64,000 nt of DNA from an uncultured Gammaproteobacteria bacterium (GCA_964612105.1 CAZTEU010000001.1:4047-68046), one strand, 5' to 3'. Shown: positions 46,650 through 57,083, counted from the stretch's first letter. Notes: generated by a model from the sequence alone, not told the origin. Translations and numbers: made by a program.

Positions 46650-48899
46650 TTAGAAATTGTTTACTGCCCAGCGTGCTATGTTTTCTGGTTCATTAAATCT
46701 TATTGAATAATTTGGATTTCCCATAGTAATTATTATAAACTTCTTACCATCTCTATTTCTTTCTACTAGCATCACCAATCCTGCGCCAGCTTCGTCTAGA
46801 TATCCTGTTTTACTTGCGAGAATATTAAATGGCAATCCTGATTTCTTTGTTAATTTGTTACTATTTGTGTCGTAGTGATTTTTTCTTTTATCACTCTCTG
46901 TATATACCTTTTCATATGCGTAGGATGTTGTTCCAAGGTATTTTTTAACATCCGCATTCTTAACAGCCTTTCTAAATATTGTAACGTAATCTCTGGCTGT
47001 AGACTTTGTCTCTAAGCTTTCTCCTGTAACATCTGAGAAGGTTGTGTTGTCTAGCCCCCAATCATCTGCCTGCTTGTTCATTCTCTCTATAAATGCGTTT
47101 CGGTTTGGCTCTACGCTAGACACAGCCATATTTACAGGTGTATTTAGTGACGAAACGAGCATAGCAGAGAGTAGATCTTTGTTCAAGACCTGGTCTCCAA
47201 CACCTATGTTGTATCTGTGATATGTCGCTTTATGCTTGTTTGGGCTATAGCTTACAGAGCTTTGTAACATTAGACCCTCTTTAAAGAGTCTATAAGCTGT
47301 CATAACTTTAGTAAATGATGCAATTGGTCTTACGTCATCTACATTTTTTCCAGCCAATATTTCTCCGGTCTCATAGTCGGCTATAGCATAATTGTTTATC
47401 TGTGTTTCATACTTATTTCCAATATATTTCACTTCTTTTGGGGGAGTACTCCACATCTTTCCATTCTCCACTCTTTCATATGTAATGTTTGATTCTACTT
47501 GTGCAATTTCTGCAGAAGGTACATTTGTATTAATAACCGGACGTTTTAGGTATACTGGTTGACCTGTTTCATGAGCCATTCCTGCAAAGGTATTTATCCA
47601 CACAATATTGTCCCATTTAAATCCTAGACCTGTGAACACGTCTTCAGAAACGATATGCCTCTTTTTACCATGCTCAACAACATATATGCTATTCTCTCCC
47701 TCAATTCCAAATAATGTACCATCTTTTAATAGAACTTTTGGTCCGGAGATAAGTGTTCCTAATGTAATAGCGGAAGCTACCTCAGTCTGCAGTTGTGGGT
47801 AATTTACACTGGCTATACGCTCATCGTAGACTGGGAAGTATTGGTTATCCTTTATGTAATAAAGAGACTGGTTTTCTTTAACACGAACAAGACGACCTTG
47901 TGGATTTGTTGTTGCTGTGATAACTGGACCTTTTGAGTAGTGAGAAATATCTGAGTAGGTTACAGATATAATTTCATCTGGATGATATCCTAACTGACGA
48001 ACCGTATCATTAGACTGGAATGGACGTAACATGTCATCATCTAGTAAATAGTATTTACTACCTTGTTTTAACACTGCATAGTTTGGTAAAGAAATATTTC
48101 TACCTGTCTCATAATTACTTAATTCACTTGTAGGAACCTCAATAATAAGATTCGGATTAAACCTACTTGTTAAGGCAGACATGTTCTTAAATGGATATTT
48201 TATCTTATCCTTTACAAGATAAACAACAGAGTCACCGGTAGCTTTCATAAGAGTCCCATCTGGATACACCTGGTCAAACCACCTCTGCCACAAAGTCCAA
48301 AAATTCTTGTTACCTTGTATATGAGGAGTGTATGTGTATAGGAAAGCTGTGGCATGATTTGCCGGCTGTACAGTATTACCATCTATGGAATATGCAATAT
48401 TAGCTCTCTTTATCCACTTTTCCCTAGTATAGTTATCATAATACCAGCGTATAATTGCTGCCGCACTGTCCACCTGCGTACCCAACCCCCTGTGTTTTTG
48501 TAAACTAGGATCGTTCATGCTACAGCTATCACATATTCCATAACCTGTAGCCCAATCTAATTGTTTTTGTGTAGGAGAATTTTCTGTAACAAGACTCTGC
48601 TCCTTCTGTAGTTTTACAAGAAGATACTTGGGATTAATCCTATGCTCCTTAGATGCTCTAGAAATAATATCTGGGATGTCACGGACATCTCCATCCTTAT
48701 CCGGAACCTTTAGTGTACTAATCGCCCCTCCTTTATCATCCAAAAATGCCTCAATGTCCTCACGATTCATCGAATTATATGCTGTCATCTCTTCATCCGA
48801 GATAAGATAATTGGGATTAAAATCCTCTTCACCAAGAGTAAGAGAGGGAGACAGAACGAGTCCCAAAACCAGAATACTTAAAAAATATTTTGAATTCAT
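46650..48899 (-). CDS. Secreted D-Ala-D-Ala carboxypeptidase (S11 / PBP5-like) C-terminal domain fused to four N-terminal roughly 55-aa repeats
   Basis: ASFTKVMT (SxxK), SSLN (SxN) and KTGY motifs. N-terminal repeats such as SIYVVEHGKKRHIVSEDVFTGLGFKWDNIVWIN. Confidence 0.7.
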   Translation of the reverse strand: MNSKYFLSILVLGLVLSPSLTLGEEDFNPNYLISDEEMTAYNSMNREDIEAFLDDKGGAISTLKVPDKDGDVRDIPDIISRASKEHRINPKYLLVKLQKEQSLVTENSPTQKQLDWATGYGICDSCSMNDPSLQKHRGLGTQVDSAAAIIRWYYDNYTREKWIKRANIAYSIDGNTVQPANHATAFLYTYTPHIQGNKNFWTLWQRWFDQVYPDGTLMKATGDSVVYLVKDKIKYPFKNMSALTSRFNPNLIIEVPTSELSNYETGRNISLPNYAVLKQGSKYYLLDDDMLRPFQSNDTVRQLGYHPDEIISVTYSDISHYSKGPVITATTNPQGRLVRVKENQSLYYIKDNQYFPVYDERIASVNYPQLQTEVASAITLGTLISGPKVLLKDGTLFGIEGENSIYVVEHGKKRHIVSEDVFTGLGFKWDNIVWINTFAGMAHETGQPVYLKRPVINTNVPSAEIAQVESNITYERVENGKMWSTPPKEVKYIGNKYETQINNYAIADYETGEILAGKNVDDVRPIASFTKVMTAYRLFKEGLMLQSSVSYSPNKHKATYHRYNIGVGDQVLNKDLLSAMLVSSLNTPVNMAVSSVEPNRNAFIERMNKQADDWGLDNTTFSDVTGESLETKSTARDYVTIFRKAVKNADVKKYLGTTSYAYEKVYTESDKRKNHYDTNSNKLTKKSGLPFNILASKTGYLDEAGAGLVMLVERNRDGKKFIIITMGNPNYSIRFNEPENIARWAVNNF

Positions 48900-49071
48900 A
48901 ACAAAATTTATTTGTATTAATTATACCATATTATAATAAATAACATTAACTGGATAAAATAACTATTATTTAACTTTGTCCACGACAAGCTATGTGCTAT
49001 CCTTGTAGTAGGAAACGAACAGCTCTCATTAAGGATATGGGGGTGATACACAACCAAAACAGGGGGAACCG

Positions 49072-49422
49072 ATGGGACATAAAAAACCTGAGTCAGACTT
49101 CGACCTTCATTTTGTAACAGCCTCTCCATTTCAAAAGTGGCTGGACAAGATAAACCCAGAAACTGCATTGTTGTTGGCAACCTTTTGGAACTGTATGATG
49201 GTAGTCATCTTATCTGCACCTCTCATCTGGGTAACCACTGACATGGATATGAGCTCTTCCATCGTATACGTTGCGGAGTATTGGTCTGAGTTTGCCCTCT
49301 TTATGATTGCGGCATTGGCACAACTCGCTATTCTCCTCATAGCAATGATTTCGTCTGTTCTGGCCTTCTCTGGACTTCTTTATCTGCTCGATAGGGTGTG
49401 CATGCGCTGTTCCAAATCCTGA
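49072..49422 (+). CDS. Small 3-TM membrane protein in a GC-elevated islet
   Basis: ORF in a region of about 48% GC, followed by a terminator near 49505..49540. Confidence 0.3.
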   Translation: MGHKKPESDFDLHFVTASPFQKWLDKINPETALLLATFWNCMMVVILSAPLIWVTTDMDMSSSIVYVAEYWSEFALFMIAALAQLAILLIAMISSVLAFSGLLYLLDRVCMRCSKS

Positions 49423-49588
49423 GTCCTCTCCGACCTACGGTCGTTGTACGCCGAACTGATTCGCTTCATGCGACAGCCAAGCGTCATGCGTGGGTCGGAA
49501 CAGTTCAAAAAAACACCAACAATGGTGTTTTTTTGTTTTATGCTCGTATTTACTTGATTTTTTAGCCAAATTTGTTACTATTAGTACT

Positions 49589-50260
49589 ATGAGTAAAGCA
49601 ATATTCTACATCGTAGCAACACCAATAGGTAATTTGGGAGATATGAGTCTCAGGGGAGTTGAGGTTCTTAAAGAAGTAGACACCGTGCTATGTGAAGACA
49701 CACGTGTAACAAAAAAGCTGTTAGCTTATTATAATATAGGAACAAAAACGTTGAGTTACCACCAGCATAGCTCAGAAAAGAAGATGGGAGAAATTGTGGA
49801 CTTACTTAATGGTGGAAACTCTCTAGCATTGGTTACAGATGCAGGTACACCAGGTATTAGTGATCCTGGTGGTGTGTTGATTGAATACATAGTAAAGAAT
49901 GCTCCAGATATAGACATTGTTCCAGTTCCAGGAGCTTCTGCTGTAGTTACAGCACTCAGTGTATCTGGTTTTCCTACAGACAAGTTTTTGTTTCTAGGTT
50001 TTCCTCCTCATAAGAACAAGAGAAAGAAGTTTTTTGAAGAAGTTGCTGAGTCAAAACATACGGTTGCATTTTATGAATCTAATCATAGGATAAAGAAAGC
50101 ATTAAAGGAATTGAGCGATATGTTAGGTGGTGATAGGAAAGTATGTGTTTGTAGGGAGCTTACAAAGAAGTTTGAAAGCACATACAGAGGAACAATAGAA
50201 GAGATTATGGAAATGGATATACCAGAAAAAGGGGAATTCGTTGTAGTTATAAGAAGATAA
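49589..50260 (+). CDS. rsmI: 16S rRNA (cytidine1402-2'-O)-methyltransferase RsmI
   Basis: IFYIVATPIGNLGDMSLRGVEVLKEVDTVLCEDTR, a tetrapyrrole-methylase fold. Start taken at MSKAIFY. Confidence 0.85.
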   Translation: MSKAIFYIVATPIGNLGDMSLRGVEVLKEVDTVLCEDTRVTKKLLAYYNIGTKTLSYHQHSSEKKMGEIVDLLNGGNSLALVTDAGTPGISDPGGVLIEYIVKNAPDIDIVPVPGASAVVTALSVSGFPTDKFLFLGFPPHKNKRKKFFEEVAESKHTVAFYESNHRIKKALKELSDMLGGDRKVCVCRELTKKFESTYRGTIEEIMEMDIPEKGEFVVVIRR

Positions 50261-50269
50261 ACAATTAAT

Positions 50270-51769
50270 ATGAACAAGTATTACATAACAACCACACTTC
50301 CATATGTGAATGCAGAGCCTCACATTGGTTTTGCGTTGGAAATTATTCAGGCAGATGTTATAGCACGCTACCAGAGGCTTTTGGGTAAGGAAGTAGTTTT
50401 TAATACAGGTACTGATGAACACGGATTAAAGATTTACAGAAACGCAAAAGAAGTTGGAATTGATACTCAAGAATATGCAGATATAAACGCAAAGAAATTT
50501 GATAACCTAAAAGAAGCCCTTAACTTGAGTTATACAAGTTTTATCCGTACTACAGATGAACACCATGTAAAATCTGCACAGGAATTTTGGAAACTCTGTG
50601 AAAAAAATGGAGATATTTATAAGAAGAAGTACCAGGTTAAGTATTGTGTTGGTTGTGAGTTGGAAAAGACAGACTCAGAATTGGAAAATGATAAATGTCC
50701 AATTCATCCAACATACGAATTGGAATTAATTGATGAGGAAAACTATTTTTTTAAGTTTTCTAATTATCAAGAGAAGTTGTTAGAACTCTATGATAGCAAT
50801 AAAGATTTTGTAATACCGGAACACAGATTAAATGAGATAAAAGCATTTACAGAAAGAGGGTTGCAAGACTTTAGTATTTCTAGGCTAAAAGAAAAATTAC
50901 CGTGGGGGGTACCAGTACCAGGCGATGAAGAACACGTCATGTATGTATGGTTTGATGCGCTTACAAATTATATTTCTACACTAGGTTGGCCAGAAGATGG
51001 GAAGAATTTTAAAGATTTCTGGCCAGGCGTGCAGGTTGCTGGAAAAGATAATCTAAGGCAACAGTCTGCTATGTGGCAAGCAATGTTGCTATCTGCAGGT
51101 CTTCCAACATCTAAACAGGTGTTTATACACGGATTTATTACTTCTGAAGGACAGAAAATGAGTAAAAGTGTTGGAAATGTAGTAGACCCTATGCAAAAAG
51201 TAGAGGAGTACGGAACAGATGCTGTACGATTCTACTTGCTTGGGGCATTACCAAGTTATGATGATGGTGATTTCTCAAAGAAACGTTTTGAGGAGTTTTA
51301 TACAGCTCACCTAGTGAATGGAATAGGTAACCTAACATCTAGGATTCTTACAATGGCAGAAAAATATTCAGATAAAATTGCAGAAAATGCTGATGATATT
51401 TTTGATACAAAAACATTCTGGAAGAATTATGAAGATGCTATAAATGTTTTTGATTTTGAAAAAGCTGTGCGTACAGTTAATGACTTAGTTTCTGTATGTG
51501 ATCAGGAGATATCTAAGGAGAAACCATGGGAGAAAGAAAAGGCTGGAGAGGATATATCTGAATTTATATACCAACTTATAGAATGCTTAAGACATATTGG
51601 TTTAGGTTTACTTCCTATTGTTCCAAAGGCAGGGGAATCTATCTTGAACCAACTTGGAATTAATCCAGATGAGTTGTCTACACTGGACAAGGAAAAAGTG
51701 TGGGGTAAAACACAGAAAAGTGCTATACTAAAAAAAGGAGAACAACTATTTCCAAGATTAACAAAATAA
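50270..51769 (+). CDS. metG: Methionyl-tRNA synthetase
   Basis: PYVNAEPHIGF (HIGH region) and KMSKSVGN. Confidence 0.95.
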   Translation: MNKYYITTTLPYVNAEPHIGFALEIIQADVIARYQRLLGKEVVFNTGTDEHGLKIYRNAKEVGIDTQEYADINAKKFDNLKEALNLSYTSFIRTTDEHHVKSAQEFWKLCEKNGDIYKKKYQVKYCVGCELEKTDSELENDKCPIHPTYELELIDEENYFFKFSNYQEKLLELYDSNKDFVIPEHRLNEIKAFTERGLQDFSISRLKEKLPWGVPVPGDEEHVMYVWFDALTNYISTLGWPEDGKNFKDFWPGVQVAGKDNLRQQSAMWQAMLLSAGLPTSKQVFIHGFITSEGQKMSKSVGNVVDPMQKVEEYGTDAVRFYLLGALPSYDDGDFSKKRFEEFYTAHLVNGIGNLTSRILTMAEKYSDKIAENADDIFDTKTFWKNYEDAINVFDFEKAVRTVNDLVSVCDQEISKEKPWEKEKAGEDISEFIYQLIECLRHIGLGLLPIVPKAGESILNQLGINPDELSTLDKEKVWGKTQKSAILKKGEQLFPRLTK

Positions 51770-51770
51770 T

Positions 51771-52316
51771 ATGGGCATCTTTGACGTTACTTTGCTAACC
51801 ATCATAGCAGGCTTTGGCTTGTTTGGATTGTGGTTTGGGCTAATACACACAATTGGCTCCCTAATAGGAACACTATTAGGAGCATTCCTTGCTGGTAGGT
51901 ATTATGAACCAATGGCAGATTGGCTTGCTGGGGTTACTGGTTGGGAAGGAAATGTACCAGAGGTTGTAATGTTTATTGTTGCGTTTATTGTAATTAATAG
52001 GCTAGTTGGATTTGCCTTCTGGATAATAGATAGAATGTTTAAGGTTGTTACAATTTTACCATTCATGAATTCCTTAAACAGAATTTTAGGTGCTATTGCT
52101 GGTGTTTTTGAGGGAGTAATAACACTTGGTTTAATTCTTTACTTCATAGAAAGATTTCCTTTATCTGAAAAAGTAATGGAAATGATGGCAACATCTGTGG
52201 TTTCCCCAATACTTGTAACAGTTGCTGGAGTTCTTCTACCGCTTCTGCCTGAGGCGCTAAAAGCACTACAGTCTAGTGTTGATTACATAGAAAATATTGT
52301 TCTTGAGCAGATATGA
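51771..52316 (+). CDS. CvpA-family membrane protein
   Basis: Four TM helices with a CvpA-like N-terminus. Confidence 0.5.
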   Translation: MGIFDVTLLTIIAGFGLFGLWFGLIHTIGSLIGTLLGAFLAGRYYEPMADWLAGVTGWEGNVPEVVMFIVAFIVINRLVGFAFWIIDRMFKVVTILPFMNSLNRILGAIAGVFEGVITLGLILYFIERFPLSEKVMEMMATSVVSPILVTVAGVLLPLLPEALKALQSSVDYIENIVLEQI

Positions 52317-54139
52317 GCATAAGGTTGTTAGGTATCCTATTGTCTGTACTATTAATAAATGGGTGTGGTTTTTCACCTTTTTATTTTTCTCAAAGTGCAG
52401 AATTTAATTTGGAATTTAGTAAAGAAAAAGAATACCAGTATGCCGGACCTTGGGATACAGAAATATATGAAGTGTCGTACAAGCGTGCAGAGAGAATAGA
52501 ACCTCTAGCTATCAAAGAAGAAATTAAAGGTGGAATTGTACCTCACCATCTAATGTCAGGACACTCAATTGCGGAGTTTTTTGAAACAATAAAAAAAGAT
52601 AGCCCATCGACAATTGTATTAATTGGTCCTAATCATTTCATGAGAGGGCAATCTTCTATAATTACAACAATGTTAGATTGGAAAACTCCATATGGTGATA
52701 TTAGAACAGACAAGAAAATTACTAATAAATTAGTAAAAGATGGTGTGCTAAAAGTAGATGAGGAAGTTATTAAAGAAGAACATAGTGTTTACTCATTAAC
52801 TAGCTTTATAGCAAGGTCTGTCCCAAAAGCAAGGGTTGTTTCTATAATTATAAAGGAAGACGCAAAAGACGATGAACTAAATAGACTAGTAGACTCCCTG
52901 AAGGAATATTCACCAAAAGATACAGTTTTTGTTGGCTCTATCGACTTCTCACATTATCAGACACCGGAGGTGGCTCAGTTTCATGATGACCTCTCGATTA
53001 ATGTAATTAAAAGTTTTGATTACCCCAGAATTAATAGTACAGAGATAGATTCACATAAGACTCTATACACAATATTAAAATTAATGGAATTAGGAGGGAA
53101 TCAGCGAATAGTAGCAGAAAGACATACAAATTCTGCGCTTGTTGTTGGTGACAAGGGTGGTAAAAATACAACTTCGCATTATATTCCATATTTTGCAAAA
53201 GGCGAGCCAGAAACAGAGAAATCAATTAGCCTCTTATTTTTTGGGGACATGATGCTGGATAGAAATGTAAAGAACAGGATAGATAAAAATGAGGGTGGAG
53301 ACTATCTTTTTAGGGAGCTTGCTGGGATAGAGAATAGGTTTTTTACAGGGATGGACCTAGTTCATGCAAATCTAGAGGGTCCTTTTGCTAATTACAGACG
53401 AGAAACAACAAAAGAAATTGCTTTTCGATTCAATCCAACATTACTTCCAACATTAAAAAAATATAATTTTGATATATTTACTTTAGCCAACAATCATTCA
53501 TTAGATATGGGTCATGCTGGCTTTGCTGAAGGGAAGAAAAATCTAGAAGAATATGGTTTTGATTATTATGGTGAGCAATTAAAAGTTAGTGAAGACAGTT
53601 TACTTACAAAAGAGATTGCTGGAAAGAAGATAGGATTTATTGGACTTAATGATACAAACACTCCGATTAATGAAACTAAAGTTAAAGCTCTTATTAAAGA
53701 CACAAAAGAGAAGGTGGATTATGTAATTATAAATGTACACTGGGGAGCAGAGTATATCCCAACCTCGCAAAAAAGAAGCAAGTATCTAGCACACTTATTT
53801 GTGGATGCCGGAGCAGATGTAATTATTGGGCACCACCCTCATGTTGTGCAAGAAATGGAAATATATAAAGACAAGCCAATATTCTATTCCTTAGGAAATT
53901 TTGTTTTTGATCAGTATTTTTCTATCCCAACTCAACAGTCAATCGGAGTTGGATTAATTCTAAAAAATGAAGATACTTCCGTGTACGTTTTCCCTTTCGA
54001 AGGGGAAGAAAGCCAAATTAGACAAATGCCATATGAAAAAGGTGAGAAATTCATGCAAGATTTTATTGACAAAAGCCGTCTAGATGGATATAATTTCAAT
54101 GATTTTTCACTAAAAATAAACAAATATGAGCAAAAATAA
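52313..54139 (+). CDS. Fusion of Memo-like (AmmeMemoRadiSam system protein B-like) domain with CapA-type metallophosphatase domain
   Basis: GGIVPHHLMSGH...LIGPNHF (Memo-like). LLFFGDMMLDRNV, ANNHSLDMGHAGF and GHHPHVVQE...YSLGNF (CapA/PGA_cap). Confidence 0.55.
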   Translation: MSIRLLGILLSVLLINGCGFSPFYFSQSAEFNLEFSKEKEYQYAGPWDTEIYEVSYKRAERIEPLAIKEEIKGGIVPHHLMSGHSIAEFFETIKKDSPSTIVLIGPNHFMRGQSSIITTMLDWKTPYGDIRTDKKITNKLVKDGVLKVDEEVIKEEHSVYSLTSFIARSVPKARVVSIIIKEDAKDDELNRLVDSLKEYSPKDTVFVGSIDFSHYQTPEVAQFHDDLSINVIKSFDYPRINSTEIDSHKTLYTILKLMELGGNQRIVAERHTNSALVVGDKGGKNTTSHYIPYFAKGEPETEKSISLLFFGDMMLDRNVKNRIDKNEGGDYLFRELAGIENRFFTGMDLVHANLEGPFANYRRETTKEIAFRFNPTLLPTLKKYNFDIFTLANNHSLDMGHAGFAEGKKNLEEYGFDYYGEQLKVSEDSLLTKEIAGKKIGFIGLNDTNTPINETKVKALIKDTKEKVDYVIINVHWGAEYIPTSQKRSKYLAHLFVDAGADVIIGHHPHVVQEMEIYKDKPIFYSLGNFVFDQYFSIPTQQSIGVGLILKNEDTSVYVFPFEGEESQIRQMPYEKGEKFMQDFIDKSRLDGYNFNDFSLKINKYEQK

Positions 54140-56237
54140 ATGGAAAGGTTTTTTAGATATAATTAACGGACAGAGTGATAAGTTAGTTACCTATATCTTT
54201 GCATTTAGTATAGTATTCGTAGTGATTATTTATGCATTGGTAATCCTTGGTATAACTATTGGTAAAACTACAATAAAATTACATTATTTAAAGGATACAA
54301 AGGTTTCTACAGATGATTCTAAAACTTACAATGACGAAGGGGTGGTATTTGATCAATATGCGCTTGAAAATGCAGGAACTCCAAAATATCTTGATTACCT
54401 GAATAATAATAACTCTGGAAAAATATATACAGTAGGCCCACCTATGAGAGGTCAGAATGTTCTTGGTGAGTGGACAGCAAACGAGAATGAGTATAGAGAA
54501 TATACTTTAAAAAGTGATGTTACAGGCACAAGGCTTTCTATTAAAATAGATTGGGAGAAATATGGTAAACCACTCTCAAAGAGGAATATAAATAAAGTTA
54601 TAGAAAAGGTTGGTGGCATTTCTGAGGAAGGTCAGAAGTATCTAGATAATCTAGATACAGAATACGGTGATTGCTATTACGACGAGTTCTTCGTACCAGA
54701 AGACGAAAAGGAGAAAATTAGATGTGGAATAAGAATATGGGAGGCGGGTACAGTTACAGCGCCAGACAAGATTGCTGGAAGCAAAGTATACTATATTGGT
54801 TATACAGTACCAGGGATGGGGGTATTCGAGGAAGTTACTACTGCCTTTTTAAGTGAGGATCTTAATAAATTTGTCTTCTTAAAACAAGGTGGTACGGGAG
54901 AATACGATGCTAACGGGCTAACATACAATATCGCAGCGGCAGAACTTTTTGATGGATATATAACATATAATGCTGAGGAATATTACGACACTCCAGAGAA
55001 AATATTAATTCCCAATACAAACTCCCACCTAAAATACTATGGACAAAGAACATCTCCTTGGGATGTTTTGGCAAAAGATAATGGAAATGACAAGAAAGTT
55101 TTTACAGATTTTGAAGCTGGAGATGTTATGTTTGATGGAAGTTCACACTACACGTACAAGTCAAACGGCAATTCATTCAATTATATATTTGTTCCTCCAT
55201 TTCTTAGTCATGAAGATTATAATGAAAAAGATTTTTATAGAGCAGGATATGTAAGTGATATAGTTTGGAGCAAAAAGGGTGAGAGTAATGCAGAATTATT
55301 TCAGATTGGAGGAGATATTACATATGGCGGATGTTCATCAGGGATAGACTCACTTGACTCAAATATTGTAAATGGAAAGAAATGGTTTGATGAGTCTTAT
55401 TTAGAAGAAGTTGGAAAGACAAAATATGGTGGTGGAATATACGAGTTTGCAGAAAAGTACAGAAAAACTAGTGAGATATATGATGATTTATATAAATTTG
55501 GGATGACAGCTAGGATGTACAGAGAATTAGATCCAGACTTTGAGGACATATCAGAATCAAAAAAACGAGTACTCTTCCAAGAAGACACTCCAATAATATT
55601 CTGGAAGGATTATTTGGGCAACTGGAGATCCTATTACAAAGACACATATCAGACAGCTGCAGAATGTGGGAAACCCGTGATCTATCTTTACCCGGAAGAA
55701 ATAACAGATGTGCGTGTGCAAGTGGAACCAAATGGAGGTTTGACATACGTAGACCCGGCGTATCCAGAGGATGGTTGGTTTGTGCGTGCAGAGCCTAATG
55801 GAACAATATACAATTATGAAAATGACACAGAATATCCATATTTATTCTGGGAGGGTCATGCGGACGGAATAAGTGTCCCAGAAGAAGGATTTGTAATGTC
55901 TAATGAGGAGGTACCAGTGCAGATGAGAGATTTATTAGTGGAGGCAGGGCTTAACAGCGTAGAAACAGAAGATTTTATGGATTTTTGGGAGGATTATCTA
56001 ATGGTAAAACCATACGTGTTTGTTACCTTCGTTTCTCAACGCGAATTTGATATTGCTGTACCACTAAATGTAGAACCAAAACCAGACTATGTACACAGAC
56101 TATTCATGTACTACGAACCACTTGATAGACCTAAAGAAGTAGAACCATTAAGAATTAGTGTCCCAGAGCGCCACGGCTTCTCTGTAATAGAATGGGGTGG
56201 AGGTACTCATCATATAGATATACAAGATGCTCGTTGA
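54126..56237 (+). CDS. Large membrane-anchored hypothetical protein (703 aa)
   Basis: One N-terminal TM helix, then a large extracytoplasmic domain with no recognised motif. Confidence 0.4.
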   Translation: MSKNKWKGFLDIINGQSDKLVTYIFAFSIVFVVIIYALVILGITIGKTTIKLHYLKDTKVSTDDSKTYNDEGVVFDQYALENAGTPKYLDYLNNNNSGKIYTVGPPMRGQNVLGEWTANENEYREYTLKSDVTGTRLSIKIDWEKYGKPLSKRNINKVIEKVGGISEEGQKYLDNLDTEYGDCYYDEFFVPEDEKEKIRCGIRIWEAGTVTAPDKIAGSKVYYIGYTVPGMGVFEEVTTAFLSEDLNKFVFLKQGGTGEYDANGLTYNIAAAELFDGYITYNAEEYYDTPEKILIPNTNSHLKYYGQRTSPWDVLAKDNGNDKKVFTDFEAGDVMFDGSSHYTYKSNGNSFNYIFVPPFLSHEDYNEKDFYRAGYVSDIVWSKKGESNAELFQIGGDITYGGCSSGIDSLDSNIVNGKKWFDESYLEEVGKTKYGGGIYEFAEKYRKTSEIYDDLYKFGMTARMYRELDPDFEDISESKKRVLFQEDTPIIFWKDYLGNWRSYYKDTYQTAAECGKPVIYLYPEEITDVRVQVEPNGGLTYVDPAYPEDGWFVRAEPNGTIYNYENDTEYPYLFWEGHADGISVPEEGFVMSNEEVPVQMRDLLVEAGLNSVETEDFMDFWEDYLMVKPYVFVTFVSQREFDIAVPLNVEPKPDYVHRLFMYYEPLDRPKEVEPLRISVPERHGFSVIEWGGGTHHIDIQDAR

Positions 56238-57072
56238 TTCACATTGCCACATTCAATTTAAGGCTTTTAACAATGACCGTAATGAGGTCATTGTTAAGTG
56301 TGCAGAAAATAATATAGTAATGAATGTGGTGGGGACACAGGCGGATACCAGTAAATTAGCAGTGGAACTTGCTGAGAAATATGACAATATATATGCAACC
56401 GTTGGGCTTCATCCGATACAGAAGTATGTAATTCCTGTAAAAGAAGAAGATACAAGTTTTACAGCCAGAGGTGAAGACTTTGATTTTGATTTCTATGATA
56501 ATCTGATTAAAAGTTCTAAAAAAGTAATAGCTGTAGGGGAGACAGGTCTGGATAAGTATCATATTCCAAAAGATAAAACCTCAGAAGAAATCTTTGAAAA
56601 ACAAAAAGAAACTTTTCTTCAACATTACAAACTTGCAGAGAAAAACAATTTACCACTTGTTATTCATGTGCGCGATGCACACGAAGAAATGCTTTCTGTA
56701 ATTGAAGAGCTTCCAAAACCTGTAAGAGGTACAATTCATTGCTTTTCTGGAAATAGGGAGCAGGCAGAGCGATATGTCGACGCAGGACTTTATCTAGGTT
56801 TTACTGGAGTTATAACATTCCCTCCTAAAAAAACTAATCCAAAACCTCAGAATGATTTGATTGATGTTATAAAAAACATGCCATTGGATAAAATATTAAT
56901 AGAAACAGATGCCCCATATCTTGCTCCACAGGCATATAGAGGAAAAAGATGCGAACCTTGGATGGTTGGAGAGTGTGCGAAAAAGGTAGTAGAGATTCGC
57001 GGTATAAAAGAAGAGGAGGTAGAAAAAATTACAGTGGAAAACACAAAGAGGTTATTTTCTAAAATTAAGTAA
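56227..57072 (+). CDS. tatD: TatD-family metal-dependent hydrolase
   Basis: MLVDSHCHIQF plus later His/Asp/Glu motifs (IHVRDAHEE, ETDAPYL). Confidence 0.8.
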   Translation: MLVDSHCHIQFKAFNNDRNEVIVKCAENNIVMNVVGTQADTSKLAVELAEKYDNIYATVGLHPIQKYVIPVKEEDTSFTARGEDFDFDFYDNLIKSSKKVIAVGETGLDKYHIPKDKTSEEIFEKQKETFLQHYKLAEKNNLPLVIHVRDAHEEMLSVIEELPKPVRGTIHCFSGNREQAERYVDAGLYLGFTGVITFPPKKTNPKPQNDLIDVIKNMPLDKILIETDAPYLAPQAYRGKRCEPWMVGECAKKVVEIRGIKEEEVEKITVENTKRLFSKIK

Positions 57073-57083
57073 TACAACAATTC

